Source: an uncultured Poribacteria bacterium (GTDB lineage: Bacteria; Poribacteria; WGA-4E; WGA-3G). Taken from it: a stretch of DNA of 64,000 nucleotides. Shown here in pieces: positions 10,925 through 20,325 of the stretch. Each line of letters starts with the position of its first letter. Position 1 is the first letter of the stretch. The DNA lies in the NCBI GenBank assembly GCA_951813565.1, contig OX638351.1:2464001-2528000 (forward strand), written 5' to 3'. The notes beneath the pieces are model-generated. The model was given only the letters and a program-made list of their open reading frames with translations. It made no database searches and was not told the origin of the DNA. The translations under genes and the position numbers were made by a program.

Positions 10925-11955
10925 TGTCTCAAAAAGAGGTAGACCCCAGACTTATCCGGATGCTTCGCTCATCGTCTTTTACACCGTTATGACGCTCAAG
11001 GGGATCACGGCTATGCGTGCCCAGCAGATTTATTTGTTTCATCATCCACTCTGGCTTGAAAGATGTCGACTGCCAGCATGTCCGTCTCACGTGGCGCTTG
11101 GTCGCAGATATAAGGCGTTGATGCCTAAACTCAAAGCGTTCACTGAATACATCGCAGCCTCTCAGTTCGCTCGGGAAGCCGGGTTTCTTCAAGAAGTCGT
11201 TTACGAAGATAAAAGCCTGTTCAAAGCTGCGGGGCCCGTCTGGCATCAGAAGGATCGTCTCAACGGCTATCTCCCTAAAGGCTTGCGAGGTGTTGATAAA
11301 ACTGCCACGTGGTCTAAAAGCGGATATCACGGATGGGTTTATGGATATGGACTCCATCTCACCAGCATCCGTAACGGCTTTCCAGTGATGTTTCAGGTGC
11401 TACCTGCCAACGTTAACGAGCGGAAAGTGTTGGATACTAAAAAAGACCGACTTATTGAAAAAGGCGTGCGATGTATCGTTGCTGATAACGGATATATTGA
11501 TAAAAAACGCACCGCAGCTTTTGCCGAAGCCCAAGTGCTTTTGCTAACCCCGAAGACGGCTTTAGCAGAAGCTAACGAACTCTTAGGCGCAGACCCACTC
11601 TATACCGCAACACAAGTTGCCACATGGCAGGTCGCACGAAAAACTGCGATTGAACCTGTCTTTGATTTGTTGAGCAAACTCTTGTCAATCACGGGGGCGC
11701 ATAAACCTTTACCGCTGCGAAATCTGGCGTATGTTTCCACCTTTTTGGGCATGGGTATACTGTTGCTGCAACTTTCAATGTTAATGAATGTCCGATGCGG
11801 GTTACCCACGCGAAATGTTACCTATATCAAAACTGTCTTTCGATAAAAAATAGCGATTTATGAAACACCCTCAATTAAATAACAGGGGTTTCATAATGCC
11901 AGGGTCTAAAGTTTAGTCGAAAGTTGTGTAAACCACAACAAGTTTCCATGACTAA
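10672..11955 (-). pseudogene. Remnant of ISL2-like (IS5/DDE_Tnp_4) element: transposase C-terminus and right end, split by the 10761 IS
   Basis: Minus strand about 11955-11875 reads LVMETCCGLHNFRLNFRPWHYETPVI*; IR-like TAGAAACTGTTGGAAAA at 10672. Confidence 0.55.
10761..11873 (+). mobile_element. DDE_Tnp_1-type IS (IS982/IS5-like) with intact transposase 10833/10848..11846
   Basis: 18-bp IR TGAGGGTGTTTCATAAAT / ATTTATGAAACACCCTCA; 7-bp target duplication ATTAAAT; GWVYGYGLH, ADNGY, R..IEP motifs. Confidence 0.85.
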
Positions 11956-13185
11956 GTGGTTTACTCGCTAAGTTTTAGGCATATTTTCAATCACAGAACC
12001 GTAGGGTCCTAACTGGTATAAAGGTTGCTTTTGCGGTGTCTCTTCCAGTGGTAAGGGCGTTTATGTGCGTTCCACCAACACACCGCACTATTCAGCGCAT
12101 CTGTCAGTTCCTCTTGCGTCTCAAACCTTCGCCCTTTCAGTGCCAAAGACTTCAACTGTCTCCACCACGGTTCTATCAAGTTCAACCAATACGCATATTT
12201 CGGAATAAACTGCACCCCAATCTCCGGCCACGCCAACAAAGCAGTCTTCACATTGTGACTGTGGTGAGTAGAAAGATTATCTTCAATCAGAAGCCACTTG
12301 TCTGATGGAAACTTCTCTATGACTTTCTCTATTAACGCAATATGGCTCACACTATCCCTCCGCTCCGAAATTACTATCTCCGCTTGACCCGTTGCCGGTT
12401 CAAACGCACCATGAACCCACACTTTTCCACGGCGACCATAGTCCGGGTCATAAGTCGCACGATCCGAACCTTGTTGCCAAACTTCACCCGGATACGTCTT
12501 AGCCGCTACCGGCCCCATTTCGTCAATACAAATTACACGCGTTTGAGGTGGACGATTGACATACGCCGCTATGATGGACCCTTTTTTGGACAAACGCCGC
12601 GTCTTGTTTCTTCGCTTCACGAAACCAACTTTGTTGACGCTTCCAATGCAATCCCTCTTCTTTCAGCCACTCCCAGATCGTTGAATCAGAAAGATGAATA
12701 CCTTGCCTCTCTTTAAACGCAGTTTGCAACCGGACGAGTGTCCACAACTCAAACGGATAACCGAGACTGCGCGGTTTTCGCAACGCTAAATCTATCAGTT
12801 GACCCCGCACCTCATCTGAATGGATGCGCGGTTTACCACTTTTCGGTTTATCGGTGAGCCCTGAGATACCCGCTTCATTGAAGCGTTTGACCCAACACGC
12901 ACCAGAGTTGCTTGATTTGAAACCTGCCTGTTGTGCTGCTTGGGTGGCTGTGAGCGTCTTATCATCAAGCATACTCACAACCAACTTCGCACGCTGCACC
13001 ATCCGATAGGCGTGTGTGCGTGAACTCGCAACTGTTCTGAGTTCTGATTCTTCTTCTTCACTGACTTCGCGTAAATGATGCACTCGCTTTCCCATCTAAA
13101 TGCTCCTGTCCATTTAATTCAATAGATAGAAGAAGTATACCATAAATAGAAAAATAATGACATAAAATCTTGGCGAGTCAACCAC
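11956..13185 (-). mobile_element. IS630-family IS, distinct from the 4056 family; OrfA 13095..12523 + OrfB 12620..12009 joined by frameshift at A6GGG
   Basis: Imperfect IR GTGGTTTACTCGCTAAG / CTTGGCGAGTCAACCAC flanked by TAA; CIDE, EDNLSTH, WLNLIE motifs. Confidence 0.85.
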
Positions 13186-13261
13186 TAAACTTAGGCATGT
13201 TCGTATTTGTCATTGGCGTCTCCTGTTTATTTTAATTTTGTAATTCCGATAGATGAACTGT

Positions 13262-13410
13262 TTAATCATGGTTTATCTGTAAGGGAAGGTTATCAATAAT
13301 CCGCGCAGATTCCACACTCACATAAACGATACGCTTAATTGCCGTAACCAAATCACGCGGATCAGCAAACCAACCGTTGGGGCCATTGACGGTGCCGCTA
13401 TCCCTATCGA
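13262..13410 (-). pseudogene. C-terminal fragment of a type ISP restriction-modification enzyme
   Basis: DRDSGTVNGPNGWFADPRDLVTAIKRIVYVSVESARIIDNLP resembles the DxxSGIxNDPN..W...RVxxVSxET..I..LP terminus of type ISP enzymes. Confidence 0.65.
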
Positions 13411-13468
13411 TGAGTGTTCTTCTTTCAATGTCTCTAGAACGCACAACTTTTCAGTCTGCATCTGATTT

Positions 13469-14290
13469 TCATTCCTTAAACGAAGCAGTAACCCGCGGAA
13501 TACTCTCCTCACAAGCAAACCGTTCAATGCTGGATGCGCCGACAAAACCGACTGTGTCAGTATTCTCATTGATATAAGCAGCATCTGGTGCCTTTGCGAT
13601 AGGACCACCGTGTGACAAGCAGATCACATCAGGATTCTGTGACTTTGCTGCATCACATATTTCTTGTACACGTACAGCTGCATCTTCAAGTGTGAAAGCG
13701 GATTCAGCTCCAATTGTACCACCGACCGTCGTGTTCATGTGTGCTATAATAACATCCGCACCGACCTTTGCCATATTCTCGGACTCTTCAGGGTTAAAGA
13801 CATAGACGATGGTGAACAGATCCATCTCATGTGCAATGCCGATTGTCTCTACCTCTTTATAGAAACCCATTCCTGTCTCTTCAAGGGTCACTCGAAAAGT
13901 GCCGTCAATCACGCCAACGGTGGGAAAGTTATTTACGCCGTCAAAACCTACATCGCGAACCTGCTTTAGAAAATTGCCCATCCGCCGCGTAGGGTCTGTA
14001 CCGTTTACACCAGCGATAACGGGGGTTTCCTTGACAACTGGTAAGACTTCTCGTTCACCCATCTCCATCACGATAGCATTTGCATCACCGTAGGCTAAAA
14101 GACCCGCGCACGAACCGAAGCCTGACATCCGATAGCGACCAGAGTTGTAAATAACAATCAGATCTGCGCCACCTTTTTCCGCGAATTTTGCGGTGATACC
14201 TGTTCCTGCCCCGACAGCGAGCAAAGATTTTCCCTTATCTAACTCCGATCTAAGTCGTCCTAACACTTCATTTCGTGTATAATCTGGCAT
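13469..14290 (-). CDS. TIM-barrel signal transduction / phosphoenolpyruvate hydrolase family protein
   Basis: GAGTGITAK, YNSGRYRM, GVNGTDP, NFPTVG, HGGPI, GASSIER. Confidence 0.9.
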   Translation of the reverse strand: MPDYTRNEVLGRLRSELDKGKSLLAVGAGTGITAKFAEKGGADLIVIYNSGRYRMSGFGSCAGLLAYGDANAIVMEMGEREVLPVVKETPVIAGVNGTDPTRRMGNFLKQVRDVGFDGVNNFPTVGVIDGTFRVTLEETGMGFYKEVETIGIAHEMDLFTIVYVFNPEESENMAKVGADVIIAHMNTTVGGTIGAESAFTLEDAAVRVQEICDAAKSQNPDVICLSHGGPIAKAPDAAYINENTDTVGFVGASSIERFACEESIPRVTASFKE

Positions 14291-14314
14291 TTAGTTTTCC
14301 TTCTCTTAATAGTT

Positions 14315-14406
14315 TTCGGCTATCGGTCATCAGCCTTCAGTGGTCAGTAAGAGGCATGTGGTTAAATCAGAAATCTCTTTACTGAAAACTGACAACTGAT
14401 AACTAA
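14315..14406. repeat. Heptamer tandem repeats forming an imperfect inverted pair
   Basis: TCGGCTA TCGGTCA TCAGCCT TCAGTGG TCAGT ... ACTGAAA ACTGACA ACTGATA ACTAAT. Confidence 0.6.
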
Positions 14407-14409
14407 TTT

Positions 14410-15804
14410 TTACTCATTCCGTGATTTTGCCTGTAAACGCGCTGCCTCGCCCGGATTTCCGATGTGCATTGTGTTATACGCCTGATCCGATGACTTAAAG
14501 GGACCCACACCTTTGTGACCGTGCCAATCGCCTTGATTCATAATCGGGTTGGGCAATCCTGTTTCTTTCTCACGCTGCAGAATCCAGTTCTTCATCCGCG
14601 TTTCCAAAACGTTGACTATATCCGGATGTTTTTCTACAAGGTTATCGTTCTCATCAGGGTCTTGGATGAGATTATAGAGTTCAACAGGCGGCTTGTAATG
14701 GAAATCAGGTTCAAGTGCAACGATGAGTTTCCATTCAGGAGTACGCCATCCGTGCTTGCGCATCCACGTACATTCTGTAATATAAAACTCACTTTCATAG
14801 GAAGCAATTTCACCACTTATTAAAGGCGTGAGACTATCACCATCAAATGCGATGTCTGTTTCAATATCTGCTAATTCAAGGAGTGTCGGGACAAGGTCTT
14901 TATGTTGGTTATATCCAGAGACTCGTCTGCCAGCAGGTACATGACCGGGATATCGGATAATAAGAGGTACATGCAAGGTAACATCGTAGAGTCCGTGATG
15001 GTCAAACCAGCATTCGTGGTCATAGAGGGTTTCGCCATGGTCACCGTTAATGACAACGATTGTTTCGTCCAGTACGCCACGCGTTTCAAGTGCATTAAAG
15101 AGCGTCTGAATACAGGCATCCATATAAGCAATTGCACCATCATATTGGGCAATGACGTAATCCTTGTCTGTAATTCCAACAGGCATCCATGAAGCAAAGT
15201 AATCACAGAACGGTTTGAACGACATCACAGGTTCCATAGATTTATTGCTCGGATCACATTCATCGCCATGGTAGAACATCCGTTCATAAGGTGCAGGAGG
15301 CAGATAGGGGGAATGCGGGTCCATGTGTCGTAAGAACAAGAAAAACGGCTTTTCATCGCTTTGGTCAATTAACCGATTCAACTCAGGAAGGGTTGTTTTG
15401 TTTAGGTTTTCAGCTTTGGGGCTACGTCCCGTATCATCAGGTCCCCATCCAGAGAATTCGAGATAGGTATCAAAGCCGCGCCCGCTCGGACCACCGAATC
15501 CAACGCAAGTAGTATCATAGCCAACGTCCTTCAGTATCTCCGCCAACGTTTTCACTTCTTCGCGTAGCGGTCCCTGGTGTCGGAGTGCTACAACTTGTGT
15601 ACTAAAGGTATCCATACCTGTGAGCATAGATGCATAAGCACTTGTTGTGGGGATGTGGGGACTATAGGTTTTCTCAAAAAGCGTGCCACTCTCCGCAAAC
15701 TTGTCAATGTGTGGTGTTGTCTGTCGGTGATACCCGTAACAACTCATGTGTGTGGCGAGAAGCGAATCGACACCCATCAGTACAATATTTGGCTGTTTTG
15801 CCAT
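14410..15804 (-). CDS. Sulfatase-like alkaline phosphatase superfamily hydrolase
   Basis: PNIVLMGVDSL, DPHSPY, GDHGE, HVPLII, ELYNL..DPDE; catalytic motif reads TTSAYASMLTG. Confidence 0.85.
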   Translation of the reverse strand: MAKQPNIVLMGVDSLLATHMSCYGYHRQTTPHIDKFAESGTLFEKTYSPHIPTTSAYASMLTGMDTFSTQVVALRHQGPLREEVKTLAEILKDVGYDTTCVGFGGPSGRGFDTYLEFSGWGPDDTGRSPKAENLNKTTLPELNRLIDQSDEKPFFLFLRHMDPHSPYLPPAPYERMFYHGDECDPSNKSMEPVMSFKPFCDYFASWMPVGITDKDYVIAQYDGAIAYMDACIQTLFNALETRGVLDETIVVINGDHGETLYDHECWFDHHGLYDVTLHVPLIIRYPGHVPAGRRVSGYNQHKDLVPTLLELADIETDIAFDGDSLTPLISGEIASYESEFYITECTWMRKHGWRTPEWKLIVALEPDFHYKPPVELYNLIQDPDENDNLVEKHPDIVNVLETRMKNWILQREKETGLPNPIMNQGDWHGHKGVGPFKSSDQAYNTMHIGNPGEAARLQAKSRNE

Positions 15805-15943
15805 GTTTTTTCTCCTTACATATCCATTCTGATTTATGATAAAACTTGTAATTTTCGGAAGACCTTTGATAGCGCGTTTACAAAACGCGCCTACAGAAAT
15901 GTGTAAGTACCCATTCTGATTTCAGTAAGGCAAGTTAGTGCAT

Positions 15944-16762
15944 CTATTTGTTATTTTTCCAATCATTGTGCCAAACAAGCGTATTCTGCACATCGTCGTC
16001 AAGCACATCACCAACTGTTAGTGAGTTAAAATAATCTTCGGGCAGGATGTTTCTTTTTCCGTTAAAAGTGCACCCATCAGGCATGAAACCACATGTCATT
16101 GCTCGGCGATGCGAAAACGTCATGTTTGCACCTGCACCATGTGCAGTCAATCCGTTATGCCATACCATAGAACCCGCAGGACACGGTGCTGATTGCGGTT
16201 CAAGTTTTTTCCATTCTGGGTAAACATTGAACAGCGCACCGATGTTTTCTCCGATGCCGACGTTATCAAAACGCGCTGTTTTGTGGGTTCTGGGGAGATA
16301 CCACATACAACCGTTTCCAAGTGTCGCGTCATCTAATGCAACCCAAAACGAGACGGCGTCACGCGAGTCAAATGACCAGTACGGGACATCAAGGTGCCAA
16401 GCGGTGGGGTTGCCATTAGGGGGTTTAATCAACGCTTGGTCGTGCCAAATTCGCATACCATCCGTCCCAGCCAATTGTGTTGCCATTTTTCCTATTTTGG
16501 GGTCATGCACTAACTTTCGCATGCCGGGGTGTGTATCTGAGAGGCGTAAACATTGGGTAAAGACCCGTGCATAAAAATTAGATGGGTCCAATTGGTTTGT
16601 GAAAAATTCAACGGAATTTCCAAGACGTTCAGTTACGGATTCATCTGTGCATCTACGCCATTCTGCTAATTCATCAGCATCCAAAAAATTTTTGATGACA
16701 AGGTATCCGTTTTCCTGATAAAAATCAATTTGTTCCGTGGTGAGTTCGTGCCGCATCTCCAC
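15944..16762 (-). CDS. Phytanoyl-CoA dioxygenase (PhyH) family Fe/2OG oxygenase
   Basis: FYQENGYL, WHLD, WVALDDAT..NGCM, HGAGAN...RRAM. Confidence 0.9.
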   Translation of the reverse strand: MEMRHELTTEQIDFYQENGYLVIKNFLDADELAEWRRCTDESVTERLGNSVEFFTNQLDPSNFYARVFTQCLRLSDTHPGMRKLVHDPKIGKMATQLAGTDGMRIWHDQALIKPPNGNPTAWHLDVPYWSFDSRDAVSFWVALDDATLGNGCMWYLPRTHKTARFDNVGIGENIGALFNVYPEWKKLEPQSAPCPAGSMVWHNGLTAHGAGANMTFSHRRAMTCGFMPDGCTFNGKRNILPEDYFNSLTVGDVLDDDVQNTLVWHNDWKNNK

Positions 16763-17023
16763 GTTCTCCTTCCATAAGTTCGGGTAATAATCTTTGCAAT
16801 TTTGAACCCGATTTCAATACGTCATTATGTAATTATCGTATCATGTAAAACGCAAATAGACAAGTGAAATTTATAGACCGTTCTTTTCTTCTGAAACATC
16901 CTCAACAAATGTTTGCAGTCTATTTCAATTGACACACTGTGTGAAATCTGTTATATTAAATTTATTCCGATTGTAACAAGTAAAAGGCAGTTTTGCCATA
17001 TATTTCTTTCTTATAACCTATCA

Positions 17024-17362
17024 ATGCGTAACACACAACTGAGAGAATTAGAATTCTACAGAACTCAAAATGGCAGAGAACCTTTCACTGAATGGTTTGA
17101 ATCAATCCGAGATAAAAATGTACTTAACAGAATTGAACGAAGAATTAACCGACTTGAAAGTGGTAATTTGGGTGACTGTAGTCCTGTTGGCGAAGGCGTT
17201 TTTGAACTACGACTCCACTTCGGTCCCGGTTATCGCATCTATTTTGGAGAAGTTGCAAACACGGTAATTGTCCTACTTTGTGGTGGTGATAAATCGTCAC
17301 AGCAGCGTGACATTGAACGCGCAAAAACTTACTGGTTAGAATATAAGGGAACACAACGATGA
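17024..17362 (+). CDS. Type II TA toxin, RelE/ParE-like addiction module killer protein
   Basis: GNLGD..VGEGVFELRLHFGPGYRIYF..LLCGGDKSSQ..DI. Confidence 0.9.
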   Translation: MRNTQLRELEFYRTQNGREPFTEWFESIRDKNVLNRIERRINRLESGNLGDCSPVGEGVFELRLHFGPGYRIYFGEVANTVIVLLCGGDKSSQQRDIERAKTYWLEYKGTQR

Positions 17363-17682
17363 GAAAATTTCGAAAATGGCACGATTATCTAATTGAACGT
17401 CTTGCCGCAAACAAAGAAGAGGCAATTGGTTATCTTGATGTAGCGTTGGAAGAATATCAAGAAGATGGTGATACATCCTTCTTTCTAAAAGGTGTTAGAA
17501 ATGTAGTAGAAGCGCAGGGTGGTGTTTCCGAGCTTGCCAAGAAGACGAAGATGTCTCCAGATGCCTTGCAAAAGATACTCTCAAGTGATAAGGCACCGCA
17601 TGTTGACAAGTTCGGAACCATTCTGAATGCACTCGGATGTCGATTGTCTGTTGTGCCGTTAGAAAACGAACATCCTTCATAA
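17359..17682 (+). CDS. Addiction module antidote protein (HTH antitoxin)
   Basis: ATGA overlap with toxin; YL..ALEE, AQGGVSELAKKT, ILNALG. Confidence 0.88.
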   Translation: MRKFRKWHDYLIERLAANKEEAIGYLDVALEEYQEDGDTSFFLKGVRNVVEAQGGVSELAKKTKMSPDALQKILSSDKAPHVDKFGTILNALGCRLSVVPLENEHPS

Positions 17683-17736
17683 AAAATTGTAGATGAAAAT
17701 TAGGAAGCGCTTGGGGTTGATTACGACGAAAAACTG

Positions 17737-17801
17737 ATGCATAACACACAACCGAGAGAACTACAGTTCTACCGGACTCCAAACGGTCAGGTGCCTTTTA
17801 C
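17737..17801 (+). pseudogene. Second RelE-like toxin, 5' end only, cut by IS5 copy 2
   Basis: MHNTQPRELQFYRTPNGQVPFT vs MRNTQLRELEFYRTQNGREPFT of the upstream toxin. Confidence 0.85.
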
Positions 17802-18678
17802 TACAGCGTATCTCATAAATAGCAAAAAACATTAGATTGTCTTTTAATTATGGATCATTTCTGTTAAACTATTGTCCAGTATATATAATAGTTAGGAGAT
17901 GATTTGAATGGAACTGAGTGATAAAGCGTGGCAAATCTTGGAACCGCTGATGCCAGCACTTTCAACTGGACAAAAGGGGAGGCCCTGGCGTGAGAACCGA
18001 GAAGTGTTAGATGGCATACTCTGGGTGTTGCGGACAGGGGCACCTTGGCGGGATTTACCGAAGAAGTATCCGCCGTATCAAACGTGTCATCGTCGTTTTC
18101 AACAATGGTCTTCGGATGGCACACTTAAAAAGGTGGGCACAACGATCACAGAAAAACTTGAGAAACGCCGTCACCTGAATATGAGTGAATGCAGCATTAA
18201 TGCGAAGTTCGTTGCAGCAAAAAAAGGGTTTGTGTGTAGGAAAGACGAAGTGTGGCAAAGGGACAAAACTGGTAGCGATTACAGATAAGCGTGGCAGACC
18301 TGTGAGTGTTTTGATTGCGAGTGCCTCCTGCCATGAAGTCCGTTTGGTTGAACCGGCATTGGATGCGTGTTGGACTTCAGAACCGCCAGGAGTGTTGATA
18401 GGAGACAAAGCCTATGACTCGGATCCTTTAGATGTGTCTTTGCGGTGTCGTGGCACTGAAATGATAGCACCCCATAAAAAGAATCGGAAGCGTCCTGCTA
18501 CACAGGATGGTCGTCTACGCCGGTATAAACGCCGTTTCAAAGTGGAGCGTTTTTTCAGTTGGTGTGAAGACTTTCGGCGTTTGGTAGTGCGTTGGGAATA
18601 TCATGCTGAAAACTATTTAGGGTTTGTGCTTCTGGCATGTCTACGGATGTTAATGAGGTATTTATGAGATACGCTGTA
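17802..18678 (+). mobile_element. IS5 family (IS427-like) IS, copy 2
   Basis: Same IRs and ORFs (17908..18288, 18185..18667) as copy 1. Confidence 0.92.
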
Positions 18679-18880
18679 TAAATAACCCTGATTCCTATGA
18701 CAGAGGGGTCAATTATCGGCTTATTACCTATTTTAGTCGAAATGTCGCGAGTTGGAGCTCGCTTGGACAGGAAGAAACTTTTGAAAGAAGTTAGAAACTG
18801 TTGGAAAATTGAATGACTCTGAGTTCAGGTATTCCATATCTTTCCATACAATCACTAAAGTTTGGACAATATTATTAAAT

Positions 18881-19044
18881 TGAGGGTGTTTCATAAATAA
18901 TAGTTGTCAAAAGTCAGGATACTGGGTATTCTTTCATTTTATATTACATAACTTGAAGGAGATACCCATGCAGTATCCTGACATGAGAGAGTATATCACA
19001 TTTCTGTTTTCAATGTTAGACGAGTTCTTGATATCTCAAGAAGA
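18881..19044 (+). mobile_element. Truncated left end of the 10761-type IS (IR plus first about 25 codons)
   Basis: TGAGGGTGTTTCATAAAT at 18881; identity to copy A stops at 19044. Confidence 0.85.
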
Positions 19045-19597
19045 CGTATTCGTTCATTCCGTTCAGCACGTCGAAGGCGATAAACTCTGCCTAATTCCCT
19101 TTCTTGCTTGAGTAAATCCCGCCACTTTACAACACCTGATCTCGTACTCATATCTACTGCCCCTGCTGCTTCCACTAATGAGCGACTTTGTGTCTCATAT
19201 TTCCTTTGAGCCTTCGAAAGTTCACTGTTAGCTTCATACACAAGCTTTGTGAGTTCATCTCCACTATACTTTGGCAGTTCAGCATCTGTAGGCAATTTAA
19301 CTGAAAAGTCAAAATGCCCCCCAGCAATAGGCACGTGCGCTCCCTCTTGCCACACATCAGGTGCGTCTATTCGCACTTGATGAAAATGGTCACCATGCGG
19401 GACCCATTTGTAGCCCTCTTTCGCGGAGGCAGGTTATTCTCTGCGACCAGTTTATCCTTTTCTTCAAGCATTTTCTCGTCTTGTGCAAGTTGTTCTTTGA
19501 GCTGCGCGACTTGTGACCACTGCCAATAGATAAAGCCACCAGCAGCAATCAGGACAACAATTAGGGCTGCGATGCCCCAATACATTTTGCGATTCAT
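19045..19597 (-). pseudogene. N-terminally anchored exported protein with HGDHFH His-triad motif; frameshift about 19425, 3' end replaced by the duplication
   Basis: MNRKMYWGIAALIVVLIAAGG TM; restoring one base gives PPAKEGYKWVPHGDHFHQVRIDAPD, joining ORFs 19367..19597 and 18996..19376. Confidence 0.7.
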
Positions 19598-19849
19598 CTA
19601 ATGATCCTCCTGTCTAAGCTTGTTGTTATCCCTGCTATTCGTTGTTTCCAGTGTGCAAGGTAGCGTTGGATTTGGGTTTGGACAAATCGGTTTTTGTCCA
19701 CGCTGTAAACATTCCGATCGGATGCTTCGTTCACGTACACAATCGGACGCATCTATCTGTGTCGCATCAAGCGTGCCAAACAGCAGCAGACCGAAGGCTA
19801 AAATCAATATAGGAATAATAAGCGTTGTGAGAGTGTAGTCTTGTCTCAT
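19598..19849 (-). CDS. Small Cys-containing membrane/secreted protein (83 aa)
   Basis: GAGGAGG RBS before ATG 19849; hydrophobic N-terminus; 4 Cys; stop abuts next ATG. Confidence 0.55.
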   Translation of the reverse strand: MRQDYTLTTLIIPILILAFGLLLFGTLDATQIDASDCVRERSIRSECLQRGQKPICPNPNPTLPCTLETTNSRDNNKLRQEDH

Positions 19850-20044
19850 CTTGTGCCTCCTCATTATTTGAGTAGGTTAATTGTTTTGACAGACTACAGA
19901 AATAGGTGGGGAATGCCTAAAGACGAATGCGCTTGGTAGAATACGCTTTTGGTATTCTACATGATTCGCCATGATTCATACCGTTGATTAGGTATCTATA
20001 AGTTTTAACTATCCCTGTAGAGGTCGCTGGTCTCTAAAGTAACA

Positions 20045-20073
20045 TTGACGCTTCAGAAGGTCTATGCTAAAAT
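20045..20073 (+). promoter_or_regulatory. Sigma70-type promoter TTGACG-N17-TAAAAT with extended -10 TG
   Basis: -35 at 20045-20050, -10 at 20068-20073, no ORF downstream. Confidence 0.7.
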
Positions 20074-20079
20074 AGATAC

Positions 20080-20150
20080 CAGCGCTGTCAGACTGTTCCT
20101 GGCAGTGCTTCGCATCGGCAGTGGGGTTAACACTGTCGGTGCATCTAAAA
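20080..20150 (+). ncRNA. Putative two-hairpin cis-antisense small RNA
   Basis: 11-bp stem 20081-20109 and 12-bp stem 20112-20142, each with two G-U pairs that only pair on the + strand; directly after promoter. Confidence 0.6.
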
Positions 20151-20206
20151 AGCACCTCCGACATTAAAAATCCGCATATACCGTGAATTTCTAATATCTA
20201 TAAGGT

Positions 20207-20235
20207 ATTATACACTTTGTGCATTTTTTGTGCAA
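20207..20235 (-). promoter_or_regulatory. Sigma70-type promoter TTGCAC-N17-TATAAT driving the 19849/19597 operon
   Basis: Minus-strand -35 at 20235-20230, -10 at 20212-20207. Confidence 0.65.
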
Positions 20236-20325
20236 CAACTTTTTTGAATTTTTTCACAAAATATAATCAGGACAGACGCATTCCCCCTTAATAAGAGGGA
20301 TTAGGAAGGTAAAAAGTCGCTATTT

